In this document: positions 9,409-19,499 of the stretch, one piece after another | How positions within the stretch are numbered: the stretch's first letter is position 1 | How the letters are laid out: each line of letters starts with the position of its first letter | Source: Candidatus Dormiibacterota bacterium | GTDB lineage: Bacteria; Chloroflexota; Dormibacteria; Aeolococcales; Aeolococcaceae | Length of the DNA stretch: 64,000 nt | NCBI GenBank assembly: GCA_049582105.1 | Contig: JBAUTG010000091.1 | Location: forward strand, 13,903 to 77,902 | Reading direction: 5' to 3' | The notes under the pieces: model-generated | The model's input: only the letters and a program-made list of their open reading frames with translations | The model's database searches: none | Told to the model about the DNA's origin: nothing | Position numbers and translations under genes: made by a program

Positions 9409-10801
9409 CCTGAACCTCCAGCGCGCCGAGCAGCCGCGGCGCCAGCTTGTCGAAGCCGCCGAGAGAGAGGACGAGCACCACGTCGCCCGAGCGCGCGATG
9501 CGCGTCAGCAGGTCGATCGCCCCGTCGCTCGAGGCGACGACGTGGACGTCCGCTCGCGAACCCGCGCGCGCGGCGACATCCTCGCTGGAGACGGTCTTCG
9601 GCATGCCGCGCTCCCGCGCCTCCTCGATGGGGCCGATGATCACCACGTCGGCGCCCGCGAAGCTCAGGCGGTAGTCCTCGAGGAGGCGGCTCACGCGCGA
9701 GTACGTGTGGGGTGTGTGGACGGCGATGAGCCGCCGTCCCGGGTAGCGCTGCCGGGCGGCGTCGATCGCGGCGCCGACCTCCGTTGGGTGATGCGCGTAG
9801 TCGTCCACCACCGTCACGCCGCCGCGTTCGCCAAGAATCTCGAACCGTCGCGCGGGGCCCCGAAAGTCGGCGCACGCTCCCACCGCGGTGTCCTCATCGA
9901 CCCCGACGTACCCGGCGAGGATGAGCGCCGCGCAGGCGTTCTGTGCGTTGTGGATACCCGGAAACGTGAGCCGGACATCCAGGCGCGGAGCGTCACCGCG
10001 CTCCACCCCGAAGTGCTGCAGGCCACCGTCGTCGCGCGCACCGATGATCCGCCAGTCGCTCGCCTGGTTCGTCCCGTATGTGACGACAGAGGCACCCGTT
10101 GCAGCGCGGAGGGCGACGCACTCGGGATCGTCCGCACAGAGCGCCAGCACACCTGACGCAGGCATCGCCGCGGCCAGCTCGATGAAGGGCGCGCGGTACG
10201 CGTCGAGGTCCGCGTACACGTCGGGGTGGTCAAGCTCGAGGCGGGTGACGCACGCCCCGTCCGGGTTGGTGTGCAGGAACTTCGGCCGCGGATCCCACGG
10301 CGCCGATGTGTATTCGTCGCCCTCGAAGACGAATGGACCGGTGCCGAGCCGCGACGTGCCACCCAGGTCGAGCGAGGTCGACCCGAGACGGAACCCGGGA
10401 TCCCGCCCGGCGCGATCGAGGATGTGCACCAGCAGCGCCGACGTCGTCGTCTTCCCGTGCGTCCCGCACACAGTGAGGCGGGTGCGGCCGGCGGCGAGGC
10501 TGACGTAGAACTCGATCTCGCTCACGCACGGGATCCCGCGTTCCCGCACGGCCGCGAGCTCGAGGTTGGCGGGTCGCGTCTGATTCCCGACCACCACGAG
10601 GTCGGGTGTCCCCCACCGATCGAGGTTGGCCGGGTCGCTCCGGTTCTCCCATTCGATGCCGGCCGCGGTGACGGCGTCACTCATCGGCGGGTAGGCGTGG
10701 TCATCGGAGCCCGTGACACGGTCACCGCGATCGAGGGCGAGAGCCGCCGCGCCGAACGTCGCGTACCCGCAGATGCCGAGCACATGGACGTGCCTCGTCA
10801 T
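9395..10801 (-). CDS. murC: UDP-N-acetylmuramate--L-alanine ligase
   Basis: Mur ligase with GTHGKTTT P-loop and DDYAHHPTE motif (MurC type). Confidence 0.85.
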   Translation of the reverse strand: MTRHVHVLGICGYATFGAAALALDRGDRVTGSDDHAYPPMSDAVTAAGIEWENRSDPANLDRWGTPDLVVVGNQTRPANLELAAVRERGIPCVSEIEFYVSLAAGRTRLTVCGTHGKTTTSALLVHILDRAGRDPGFRLGSTSLDLGGTSRLGTGPFVFEGDEYTSAPWDPRPKFLHTNPDGACVTRLELDHPDVYADLDAYRAPFIELAAAMPASGVLALCADDPECVALRAATGASVVTYGTNQASDWRIIGARDDGGLQHFGVERGDAPRLDVRLTFPGIHNAQNACAALILAGYVGVDEDTAVGACADFRGPARRFEILGERGGVTVVDDYAHHPTEVGAAIDAARQRYPGRRLIAVHTPHTYSRVSRLLEDYRLSFAGADVVIIGPIEEARERGMPKTVSSEDVAARAGSRADVHVVASSDGAIDLLTRIARSGDVVLVLSLGGFDKLAPRLLGALEVQGVRG

Positions 10802-11903
10802 GCGGCGTTGCTCCGCCGTCCCGTCCCGGCGGCCTCGATGATGAGGCGCACGACCGAGTCGGTCGCGTCAGGAAGACCGAGCGATGCGCTCGCCCCCGAC
10901 ATGCGGCGCCAGCGCTCGGGATCGGCCGCAAGCGCGGCGATCTCGCCACCGAGCCGCTCGGCCGTGCAGGCTGCGTCGTCGATGAGCATCGCCGCGCCCG
11001 CCTCGACGTAGGGCGACGCGTTGTGGCGCTGGTGGCCGCCCGCATGCGGGTACGGGACGACGATCATGGGACGGCCGAGCGCCGAGCATTCGGCGAGCGA
11101 CGATCCGCCCGCGCGCATCACGACGAGATCGCTCGCCGCGATTCGCGCGGCCATGTCGTCGAGGAACGCGGACACCGTGTAGCGCGGGGCGAGCACCGGT
11201 GGCAGCGCCGCCGCGGCGCGCGACACGGTGTCGAAGTCGAGGCTCCCGCACTGGTGCACGATCGTGAGCTCCGGATCGTTGCCGAGCAGAGTGGCCACGC
11301 AGCCCGTGATCGCGCGGTTCACGCGGCGCGCTCCCTGCGATCCCCCGGTGACGAGAATCGTTCGCAGCCGGTCGCCGGCTTCCCGGGGCGGGATTGCGCG
11401 AATCTCGGCGCGGATCGGGTTGCCGGTGTGCACGACGCGGGCGTTGGGAAGGTGGCGCGCAGTCTCCGCGAACGACGCCGCGACTACGCGCGCCCGGCGC
11501 GCAAGCAGCCGGGTCGCGCGTCCCGGTACCGCGTTCTGCTCGAGCAGCACCACCGGGATCCGCTGTGCCAGGGCCGCGGCGACGACCGGCACGGAGACGT
11601 ACCCGCCCGCACCGACAACGACGTCGGGACGCAGGCGCCGCACCAACCGCCGGGCGGCGATCGTGGCGCGCGTGAGCTGGGTCGTCGCACGCGCGATGCC
11701 GGCGGGGCTCCCGACGTCGACCCCGCTCACGTCGAGGGTCTCGAGATCGAGTCCTGCGGCGACCACCAGGCGCTCGGCCACGCCGTCACGGCGGCCGACC
11801 ACGGTCACCTCGTCGTCAGGCCGGGCGTCTCGCAACGCCAGCGCGATCGCCAGCGCCGGGGTCAGGTGGCCCCCAGTTCCCCCCCCAGCTATCAACGTGC
11901 GCA
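10798..11903 (-). CDS. murG: Undecaprenyldiphospho-muramoylpentapeptide beta-N-acetylglucosaminyltransferase
   Basis: GT28 family with AGGTGGHLTPALA N-terminal motif. The start is set at GTG 11901-11903, preceded by a GGGA-type ribosome-binding site. This gives an 88-nt overlap with the ftsW 3' end. Confidence 0.8.
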
Positions 11904-13102
11904 CGATTCTTCGTCCCTTGCCGTCGACCCTGGGCCGAGATGTTGAGCAGAATGCCCATGCCCACGAGGGTGGTCGCCAGCGAGGTGCCACCGTAGCTGA
12001 TGAACGGCAGCGGGATGCCCGTTGTGGGGATGACGCCGGTCACGGCCATCACGTTGATGAAGGCCTGCATGCAGATCCACGATGTGATGCCTCCCGCGAG
12101 CAGCGCGCCGAACCGGTCGGGCGCCCGAAGCGAGGCGCGCACTCCGCGCCACGCCAGGAAGAGGAACGCCGCAAGCACCGCGACAGTTCCGATCAGCCCC
12201 AGCTCCTCGCCGATGATCGCGAAGATGAAGTCGGTGTGCGCCTCCGGCAGCCACTCGTATTTCGCCACGGAGTTGCCGAGCCCGACCCCGAAGATCCCAC
12301 CTGATCCGAAGGCGTAGAGCGCCTGGCAGTTCTGGAACCCGGAGCCGAGCGCGTCCGCGCACGGGTTGAGGAAGTGGGCGAGGCGGTCGGCACGATACGA
12401 GACGAGCCCGACGAGCGCGACCCCGCCGGCACCGAACATGGCCACGATCAGCACCAGGTGGCGCTTCCGCGCGCCGGCAAGGGCGAGGAGGATGAGCGCC
12501 GTCGTCGCGATGACGATCGAGCTGCCGAGGTCGCGTTCGGCGAGGACGAGACCGAGTAGCGCGAACAGCACGATCAGGTAGTCGCGCACGCCGCGGAGGC
12601 TCCGGACCGACCCCTCGCGGTCGGTGAGCCAGCGCGCGAAGAAGACCACCGCCACCCCGACCGCGATCGCCGACGGCTGGACCGAGAGCGGACCGACCTG
12701 GAACCAGCGTTGTGCACCGAAGTGCTGGGACCCGACGTGTGGGATCAGGACGACGACGAGCAGGATGAGCACCAGGAACATGACGGGCCGCGCGAGCGCG
12801 GACAGGCGGTGGTAGTCGAGCCGTGCCGCGACCACGAGCCCGACACCGCCCATGGTCGCGCCGATCAGCTGATGGGCGAAGAAGTAGTTCGGGTCGTGGT
12901 ACCAGAGGGAGCCGAGCGCCTCGGACGCGCTGTACACCATCACGAGCCCGAAACCGACCAGGCCGACGACGATGATCATGAGCCAGCCATCGACCCCCGC
13001 CGCCGCCGCGGCACGATCGGCATTCGCGAACGCCCCCGCGACCCGCGACCCCCCGCGCCACCGTCCGGTGAGCCCGGTCAGCTTGCCGGCGCGCGCCGCC
13101 AT
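11816..13102 (-). CDS. ftsW: Peptidoglycan glycosyltransferase FtsW (SEDS family)
   Basis: Polytopic FtsW/RodA/SpoVE family. The ATG overlaps the murD stop (ATGA). Confidence 0.8.
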   Translation of the reverse strand: MAARAGKLTGLTGRWRGGSRVAGAFANADRAAAAAGVDGWLMIIVVGLVGFGLVMVYSASEALGSLWYHDPNYFFAHQLIGATMGGVGLVVAARLDYHRLSALARPVMFLVLILLVVVLIPHVGSQHFGAQRWFQVGPLSVQPSAIAVGVAVVFFARWLTDREGSVRSLRGVRDYLIVLFALLGLVLAERDLGSSIVIATTALILLALAGARKRHLVLIVAMFGAGGVALVGLVSYRADRLAHFLNPCADALGSGFQNCQALYAFGSGGIFGVGLGNSVAKYEWLPEAHTDFIFAIIGEELGLIGTVAVLAAFLFLAWRGVRASLRAPDRFGALLAGGITSWICMQAFINVMAVTGVIPTTGIPLPFISYGGTSLATTLVGMGILLNISAQGRRQGTKNRAHVDSWGGNWGPPDPGAGDRAGVARRPA

Positions 13103-14466
13103 CAGCCGTTGCTCACAGCGGGTCGAGCCAGCCGTCCGGCGAGCGTCGCGAACACCTCGCCCCGATGCTCGAAGTCTCGGAACTGGTCGAAGCTCTTGTA
13201 TCCCGGCGCAAGGAGGACGACATCGCCGGGGCGGGTCAGCTCCGCGGCGGCGCTCACCGCCTCGGCGAGCGTCGCGACGACGGTCCGATCCGTGAAACCG
13301 CGCGAGGCCAGCGCCGAGTCCAGCTCGCCGGCGCTTGCGCCGTTCAGGATCGCGAACCGCGCGCGCCGAGCGACCTCGTCGGCAAGGCCGTCGATCGAGG
13401 TCCCGGCACCCTTGCCGCCACCGATCCAGACGATCGTCCGCCCTGGGAAGCTCCGCAGCGCCGCCACGGCTGATTCGACGTTGGTGGCCTTGCTGTCGTT
13501 GATCCAGAGCACGCCGTCCTCGTCGCGGACGGTCTCGAGCCGGTGTGGCACCGCCGTGAAATCGCGCACCGCCCCGGCGATCGGCGACGGTGGGACGCCG
13601 GCGGCACGAGCGACCGCCACGGCGGCGAGGACGTTCAGCAGGTTGTGCTCCCCGAAAAGCGGGATGTCCGCGACCGGCAGCACCCTGGTGGCGACCCCGG
13701 CCGCGACGCTCACGACGTCGGCGCCGCTTCGGGTGGCCCCATCGGTGATGCCCGGCAGGAGGCCGAACTCATGGACGCGGCAGCGCGCGACCGTGCCCAT
13801 CTCGCGCGTGACCGGGTCGTCGAAGCCGAGGACCGCATCATCGAGCGCGAACCGCACGAGCCGGCGCTTGGTCTCCGCGTAGGTGGCGAAGTCGCCATGG
13901 CGATCGAGATGGTCGGGGGTGACATTGAGGACGCAGGCGATCGCGCAACGCGGTTCGCGCACCGACTCGAGCTGAAACGACGAGAGCTCGAGGACGACCC
14001 AGTCCGTGTCGACGACCTCGTCGAGCCGGTCCAGCATGGTGACCCCGATGTTGCCGCCGAGGTGGACGCGCTCCCCGGCTCGCTCGAGGATGGCGGCGAC
14101 GAGCGCCGTGGTCGTTGTCTTGCCGTTGGTGCCCGTGATGCCGCAGATCCGCGCGCGGCAGCGCTCGAACACGAGGTCCATCTCGCTGCGAACCGGGACC
14201 CCATGTGCGCGCGCCACCTGGAGCTCGGGTGCGTTCCACGGTACGCCCGGACTCGGGCAGACCATGAGCGCGCCGACGGCGATGTCGTCCGCATAGCCGC
14301 CCAGGCGAACCTCGATGTTCGACGGCAGGTTCGCCGTGGATCCGCGCACCTCGGGGGTGTCCGTGCGGTCCACGAGCACGACCCGATGCCCTTCGCGTGC
14401 CAGCGTGCGAGCGCACGCAAGACCGCTCCGCCCCGAGCCGATGACCACAACGGGCCCCTCGCTCAC
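13102..14466 (-). CDS. murD: UDP-N-acetylmuramoylalanine--D-glutamate ligase
   Basis: Mur ligase with GTNGKTTTT P-loop and NDSKATN motif (MurD type). Start set at GTG 14466, immediately after mraY. The longer ORF is an artefact. Confidence 0.8.
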   Translation of the reverse strand: MSEGPVVVIGSGRSGLACARTLAREGHRVVLVDRTDTPEVRGSTANLPSNIEVRLGGYADDIAVGALMVCPSPGVPWNAPELQVARAHGVPVRSEMDLVFERCRARICGITGTNGKTTTTALVAAILERAGERVHLGGNIGVTMLDRLDEVVDTDWVVLELSSFQLESVREPRCAIACVLNVTPDHLDRHGDFATYAETKRRLVRFALDDAVLGFDDPVTREMGTVARCRVHEFGLLPGITDGATRSGADVVSVAAGVATRVLPVADIPLFGEHNLLNVLAAVAVARAAGVPPSPIAGAVRDFTAVPHRLETVRDEDGVLWINDSKATNVESAVAALRSFPGRTIVWIGGGKGAGTSIDGLADEVARRARFAILNGASAGELDSALASRGFTDRTVVATLAEAVSAAAELTRPGDVVLLAPGYKSFDQFRDFEHRGEVFATLAGRLARPAVSNG

Positions 14467-15425
14467 GAGACCGCGCCGGCCACGTGCGCGTAGAGCACGG
14501 TGATCGCAGTGCCGACCGCGGCGACGCCGGCAAAGCTCAGGACCAGCCGTTGCTCGCGCAGTCCGATCTCCTCGAAGTGGTGATGGATCGGGCTCGCGCG
14601 CAACACACGCCTCCCGAACCGTCGAATCGCCGTCACGTTCACGACGACGCTCGCCGCCTCGATCACGAAGACGATCCCCAGCACCGGCAGCAGCCAGACC
14701 AGGTGCAGCTCCGCGGTCAGCGCGACGATCGCGCTGCCGAGCGCGAGCGAGCCGGCGTCGCCCATGAAGACGCGCGCGGGAAACCAGTTGAACACCAGGA
14801 ACGACGCGACGACCCCCGCAAGCGCGGCCGCGATCGCCGCAACCGGGACATCGGAGCGCGTCACCGCGATGATCGTGATCCCGATGAGCACGAGCGACGT
14901 GCACGAGGCGGCCAGTCCGTCGACACCGTCGGTGAGATTGACCGCGTTGCTCATCGCGACCACCGCGACGGCCACGACGATCGCGAGCCCCCAGCCGAGG
15001 TTCGGCGCGCCGAGCCCGGGAAAGAACTGATGCGTGAAGCCGGTGATGGTGAGCCCGATGCCCACCAGGACCCCGGTGATCCCCTGGAGGCCGAGCTTCT
15101 GCCAGACGGTGAGCCCGAGTCGCTGCACCTGGCTGATGTTGATGACGTCGTCGAGGCCGCCCGCGATCGCGCCGGCGACCAGTGCGAAGATCGGGATGAA
15201 ACCCTGGCGAGAACGATCCACGACGAGCCAGACGGCGACCGCGACCACGCAGAAGAGTGCTCCGCCGAGAGTCGGCGTCCCCTCCTTGGCGCGATGGCTC
15301 GCGGGGCTGTACGAAGCGACGTGCTGCCGTGCCCCGTAGCGCACCAGGAGCCCGATGAACGCCGGGTAGAGCAGCACGCCCACCACGAGGGCGAGCACCC
15401 CGACGATGATCGCCTCTCTCACGGA
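14463..15425 (-). CDS. mraY: Phospho-N-acetylmuramoyl-pentapeptide transferase
   Basis: Polytopic membrane protein with the NxxNxxDGxDGL motif (NAVNLTDGVDGLA) and DAGSLALG. The upstream extension of the ORF overlaps ftsI and is not real. Confidence 0.8.
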   Translation of the reverse strand, partial: SVREAIIVGVLALVVGVLLYPAFIGLLVRYGARQHVASYSPASHRAKEGTPTLGGALFCVVAVAVWLVVDRSRQGFIPIFALVAGAIAGGLDDVINISQVQRLGLTVWQKLGLQGITGVLVGIGLTITGFTHQFFPGLGAPNLGWGLAIVVAVAVVAMSNAVNLTDGVDGLAASCTSLVLIGITIIAVTRSDVPVAAIAAALAGVVASFLVFNWFPARVFMGDAGSLALGSAIVALTAELHLVWLLPVLGIVFVIEAASVVVNVTAIRRFGRRVLRASPIHHHFEEIGLREQRLVLSFAGVAAVGTAITVLYAHVAGAVS

Positions 15426-17191
15426 GCGATCCGCCAGTCGTTGATCATCATCTCCGCCATCTGCTTCCAGATCGGCGCGGCAAGCAACGACCCGAACCGG
15501 CCGGTGTGCCGTTCCTGCGGCTCGTTGAGGATGACCATCATCGTGAACTGCGGATTCTGCGCGGGCATGAAGCCCACGAAAGACGCGACCACGTTGGGAC
15601 CGTAGCCGCCGCCGTTCGGCAGCGCCACGCTGGCGGTCCCCGTCTTGCCGGCGATCTCCGCGGAATATCCGGTGATCTTCGCCTTGAACCCCTCGGCGCC
15701 GGGATCGTTCACCACGCCCACCATCATGTGCGCGAGCGTATGGGCCGCGGTCACCGAGATCACCCGGCGCGTCACCGGCACGACCGGCGTGGTCGTCCCC
15801 GTGTTGGGGTTGACGATCGCGTCGACGGCGTGCGGCTGCACCCACACGCCGCCGTTGGCGACGGCATTGATGGCGGCGAGCATCTCGACCGGGGTGGCGA
15901 CCACGCCCTGCCCGAAGGATGCCTCGGCGTACTTCAGCTGATTCCACGACGACTGCGCGGGCAGCGGCGCGTTGACCTCACCGGCCAGGTCGATCCCGGT
16001 GGGGGCGCCGATTCCGAAGGCCAGGAGGTTCGAGTAGAAGTTGTTCTGGCCCTCCATCTTCCCGGCATCGATGGCGCCGTTGTTCAACGAGTCGTCGAGG
16101 ACCCACTGCATGGTGACGTGACCGTGCGACCGGCCGTCCCAGTCGTGGATGAGGTAGCCGTTGATGCGCGTCTGGCGCTCGTCGATCACGGTGCCCGGTG
16201 TGAACGCGTTGTTGTTGAGGCCGCCGGCGAAGGTGATCACCTTCATCGTGGAGCCCGGCTCGTACGGTTGCGCCACCGCCAGGTCGCGGAAGTCCTGGAT
16301 CTTGGCTGCGCCGTAGTCGTTGGCGTTGTAGGACGGGTACTGGGCCCACGCGCGGATCGCCCCGGTCCTGGTGTCCATGACCATGAGCGTTCCCGAGGCT
16401 GACTCGCTGGAGATGACCCCGTCGGCGAGCGCGATCTCCGCGTCGTACTGGATCTGCGAGTCGAGACCGAGCTCCAGGTTATCGCCGTTCTTGGCAGGAA
16501 CCTTCTGCTGGCGCCCGAGGACGATCGCATTCCCGTTGACGTCGGTGAGCGTCGACTCGTGCCCGTTGATCCCGCCGAGCAACGAGTTGTAGTAGCCCTC
16601 GAGGCCGTACTGGCCGATACCGTTCGCATTGACGAAACCGAGCAGGTTGGCCGCGAACGAGAGACCCGGGACGGGCGACGGCTCGTACACGCTCTCCTCG
16701 GACGGCACCGTGCCGATGCCGCTCAGGCGCAGTGCCTGGAGCTTCTCGTTGACGTCCTGCGAGACGCCCTTGGCGAGGTAGTCGAACTGGTTGTTCTGCT
16801 GCAGCGCGTTGAGGACCTGGGGTGTTCCCACCTGCAGGATCGGCGCCAGCATGCCGGCGACGGCGTTTCGGTCACTCGGGCTGATGAGCGCGGGATCGGC
16901 GAAGACGTCGAAGACCTGCACGTCGCTGACGAGCACGCGTCCGTCGCGGTCGAGGATCTCGCCACGCGTGGCCTGCAGCGTGATCGACGTGGTGTGCGTC
17001 TGCGCGGCCTGCGCCGCGAGCGACTTCCCCTGGATGACCTGGATCTGCACGAGACGTCCGAACACCGCTGTCGCCATCGAGAGGAAGGCGAGCACGAGCC
17101 AGAGCCCGCGGCGGCGGACGTCCGGGCCGTCGTTGAAGACACGCGTGTCACCGGTCCGCCCTGCCCGCCCAGAGCGGCGCCGGACGTTCAT
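15419..17191 (-). CDS. ftsI: Penicillin-binding protein 3-type peptidoglycan D,D-transpeptidase
   Basis: N-terminal TM anchor, PBP dimerisation domain, and a transpeptidase domain with STMK, SxN (SLNN) and KTGT motifs. Confidence 0.8.
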   Translation of the reverse strand: MNVRRRSGRAGRTGDTRVFNDGPDVRRRGLWLVLAFLSMATAVFGRLVQIQVIQGKSLAAQAAQTHTTSITLQATRGEILDRDGRVLVSDVQVFDVFADPALISPSDRNAVAGMLAPILQVGTPQVLNALQQNNQFDYLAKGVSQDVNEKLQALRLSGIGTVPSEESVYEPSPVPGLSFAANLLGFVNANGIGQYGLEGYYNSLLGGINGHESTLTDVNGNAIVLGRQQKVPAKNGDNLELGLDSQIQYDAEIALADGVISSESASGTLMVMDTRTGAIRAWAQYPSYNANDYGAAKIQDFRDLAVAQPYEPGSTMKVITFAGGLNNNAFTPGTVIDERQTRINGYLIHDWDGRSHGHVTMQWVLDDSLNNGAIDAGKMEGQNNFYSNLLAFGIGAPTGIDLAGEVNAPLPAQSSWNQLKYAEASFGQGVVATPVEMLAAINAVANGGVWVQPHAVDAIVNPNTGTTTPVVPVTRRVISVTAAHTLAHMMVGVVNDPGAEGFKAKITGYSAEIAGKTGTASVALPNGGGYGPNVVASFVGFMPAQNPQFTMMVILNEPQERHTGRFGSLLAAPIWKQMAEMMINDWRIAP

Positions 17192-17685
17192 CGGCCGGAC
17201 GCGCTCCCGCCGAAGTCACCTGCCAGCGCCGCCACGAGCTGCTGCAACGTGCTGTTGCTCTCGCTCGACGTCAGCTGCTCGGCGGGCGGCGAGCCGATCA
17301 CCGGTGACGGCGACGCCTCGACGTTCGCCCAGCGCGCCGCGGGATGCATGCCGAGGTTCTGTGCCGCGGTGATGATGCGTTCGGACGACTGCAGTCGCTC
17401 CAGCTCGCTCGCCAGCTGCGAGTCCTGCGCGACGAGCTGCTCCTGCTGTGCGGCGAGGCGCGTTGCCTGGTACGTCGCCGTCGTGACGTGCGCCGTCTGG
17501 TTGACGTACGCGATGCCGATGCCCGCGGCGATGGCGATCACCGGCAGCAACGGCAGCGGCGTGCGAGGCCCGCCTCGACGGATGCGCAGGCGGCGCACCA
17601 GCGGTTCGAAGGGGACGTCGTCGACGCCGCCGTTGCCCGGAGCCGGCTTGTGATCGGCGCCGCGCGGAGGACGGAAGTTGGGCAC
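17188..17685 (-). CDS. ftsL: Septum formation initiator FtsL-like
   Basis: Small bitopic protein with a TM segment and a coiled-coil (QQEQLVAQDSQLASELERLQ). It lies between rsmH and ftsI and overlaps the ftsI start. Confidence 0.55.
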   Translation of the reverse strand: MPNFRPPRGADHKPAPGNGGVDDVPFEPLVRRLRIRRGGPRTPLPLLPVIAIAAGIGIAYVNQTAHVTTATYQATRLAAQQEQLVAQDSQLASELERLQSSERIITAAQNLGMHPAARWANVEASPSPVIGSPPAEQLTSSESNSTLQQLVAALAGDFGGSASGR

Positions 17686-17832
17686 TGCCCTGATCTCCAG
17701 TGGTGGGATGTTGGGGAGGGACGGAGGAGACGCGGGCAGTGCCCGGGTCGGCGTTGAGGAGGTTGGCGGGCGGAGCCGCTGCGAGCTGCGGCTCCGCCCT
17801 GGGGGAGAGCGAAATGAGGCGTGAGGAATGGG

Positions 17833-18852
17833 TCAGCCGGAGGGGGCGAGCTTTTCCGCGACGCGGAGTCGCGCGGAGCGCGAACGCGGATTGGAAGCCA
17901 GCTCGGCCGCATCAGGCCGGATGACCTTGCGGGTCAGAAGAAAAAGAGTGGCCCGGTGGACGCAGGTGCAATTGGGCTGTTGGGGCGGACAGATACAGTT
18001 CTGTGCTGCGACGTGGAGTGCGTTCTTGACAAGGGTGTCCTCGAGGGAGTGAAAGGAGATGACCCCAAGACGCCCACCGGGCCGGAGGATGCTGATTGCT
18101 GCCTGCAGGCCTCGTTCGAGGCTTTCGAGCTCGTGGTTCACCGCGATGCGAAGCGCCTGGAAGGTGCGCGTCGCGGGATGGATCCGCTTCGGCCAGAACC
18201 GTCGCGGGACGACCTGCTCGACGAGTTCGCGGAGCTGGGTCGTGGTGGTGAGTGGCACGAGCTCTCGGGTCCTCGCGATGCGGTTCGCGATGGGCCGGGC
18301 AAAGCGCTCGTCGCCGTACTCACGGATGAGTGACGCCAGCTCGTCCGCCGTCAGTGAGTCCACGAGCTGGGCGGCTGTCGTGCCGGAGCTCGGGTTCATG
18401 CGCATGTCGAGCGGTCCGTCGAGGCGGAAGCTGAATCCCCGGGCCGGGTCGTCGAGCTGGATGGACGAGATGCCGAGGTCGAACACAACGGCATCGACGG
18501 CCGCGACGCCGAGCCCGTGGACGATGGCCTCGAGGTCCGCGAAATCGCCCTGGGCGATCTGGACCGCGTCGCCACTGTCCTTGAATCGGAGGCGTCCGGC
18601 GTCGACAGCGCTGCGATCGCGATCGATGGCGATCACACGGCCGCCGGGGGTGACGCGCTCGAGGAGCGCGGCCGTGAATCCGCCGGCACCGAGCGTGGCG
18701 TCGACGACGGTCTGCCCCGGCCGGGGCTGCAGGCTCTCTATGAGGGGTGTGAGAAGGACCGGCCGGTGACCCGCGCCGTCAGGCGCCGGGGCACCGGGTG
18801 TGGCTGCGTCGGGTGGCTCCATGCCGGCCACAATCGGCAAGGGGATGGTCAT
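17833..18852 (-). CDS. rsmH: 16S rRNA (cytosine1402-N4)-methyltransferase
   Basis: SAM-binding DATLGAGG motif and the RsmH/MraW family layout. Second gene of the dcw cluster. Confidence 0.85.
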   Translation of the reverse strand: MTIPLPIVAGMEPPDAATPGAPAPDGAGHRPVLLTPLIESLQPRPGQTVVDATLGAGGFTAALLERVTPGGRVIAIDRDRSAVDAGRLRFKDSGDAVQIAQGDFADLEAIVHGLGVAAVDAVVFDLGISSIQLDDPARGFSFRLDGPLDMRMNPSSGTTAAQLVDSLTADELASLIREYGDERFARPIANRIARTRELVPLTTTTQLRELVEQVVPRRFWPKRIHPATRTFQALRIAVNHELESLERGLQAAISILRPGGRLGVISFHSLEDTLVKNALHVAAQNCICPPQQPNCTCVHRATLFLLTRKVIRPDAAELASNPRSRSARLRVAEKLAPSG

Positions 18853-18879
18853 ATGTCGAGTCGGATCCGTCGGGGGCGC

Positions 18880-19374
18880 TCACGCCGGCGTCGGAGGGGC
18901 GGGCGTTCCGCGCTGGTGGACCAGATCCCAGACCTGGGTGAACTCGTCGGGGCTCAGGTCGGCCTGCTCGGCCTGCCAGAGCTCCTCGGCCGTGACCTCG
19001 ACGCAGTTGTCGAGGCCGACGAAGACGACCATGTCGACGATCCGTGCGAACTCGCGCTGGCGTGCCGAGAGCAGCAGTCGGCCCTGGGCGTCGAGCTCGA
19101 AGAGGTAGGTGTTGCCGGTGAGGCGACGCATGAAGCGGCGCTCCTGCGCAGGTGCCTCAGCGGTTCGGCGGAAGAGCTCCTTCTGGCGAGCCCATTCGTC
19201 GGGGGGCAGGATCATGAGGCGGTTGTCGGGGCCCGGAGCCACGACGCTCCCCTCGGGTAGCCAGCGACGCAGCTGGGCGGGAATTGCGACCCGTCCCTTG
19301 TCATCGATGCGATGCCGGTACGTTCCAACGAACGTCACGGGAACACGCACATCGACCTGCGTCTGCTCGGCCAT
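18880..19374 (-). CDS. mraZ: Transcriptional regulator MraZ
   Basis: Two DxxGR repeats (DDKGRVAIP / DAQGRLLL). First gene of the dcw cluster. Confidence 0.8.
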   Translation of the reverse strand: MAEQTQVDVRVPVTFVGTYRHRIDDKGRVAIPAQLRRWLPEGSVVAPGPDNRLMILPPDEWARQKELFRRTAEAPAQERRFMRRLTGNTYLFELDAQGRLLLSARQREFARIVDMVVFVGLDNCVEVTAEELWQAEQADLSPDEFTQVWDLVHQRGTPAPPTPA

Positions 19375-19410
19375 CACCGTAGGTACCTCGAAGCCCCCAC
19401 TACTCACCAC

Positions 19411-19499
19411 TTTTCTCCACCAGCGGGCCGAACCCTAACAGGTGTGTGTGGTGGCGTCAACGCAAACAAATGTACGCTTCACCTGTTCGCAAGCCCTTG
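19411..19499 (-). promoter_or_regulatory. Putative mraZ promoter/operator and pepE terminator region
   Basis: An 8-bp inverted repeat aacaggtg...cacctgtt with a ~37-bp spacer is visible. The G/T-rich gtgtgtgtggtgg stretch resembles MraZ-box repeats. Confidence 0.3.
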
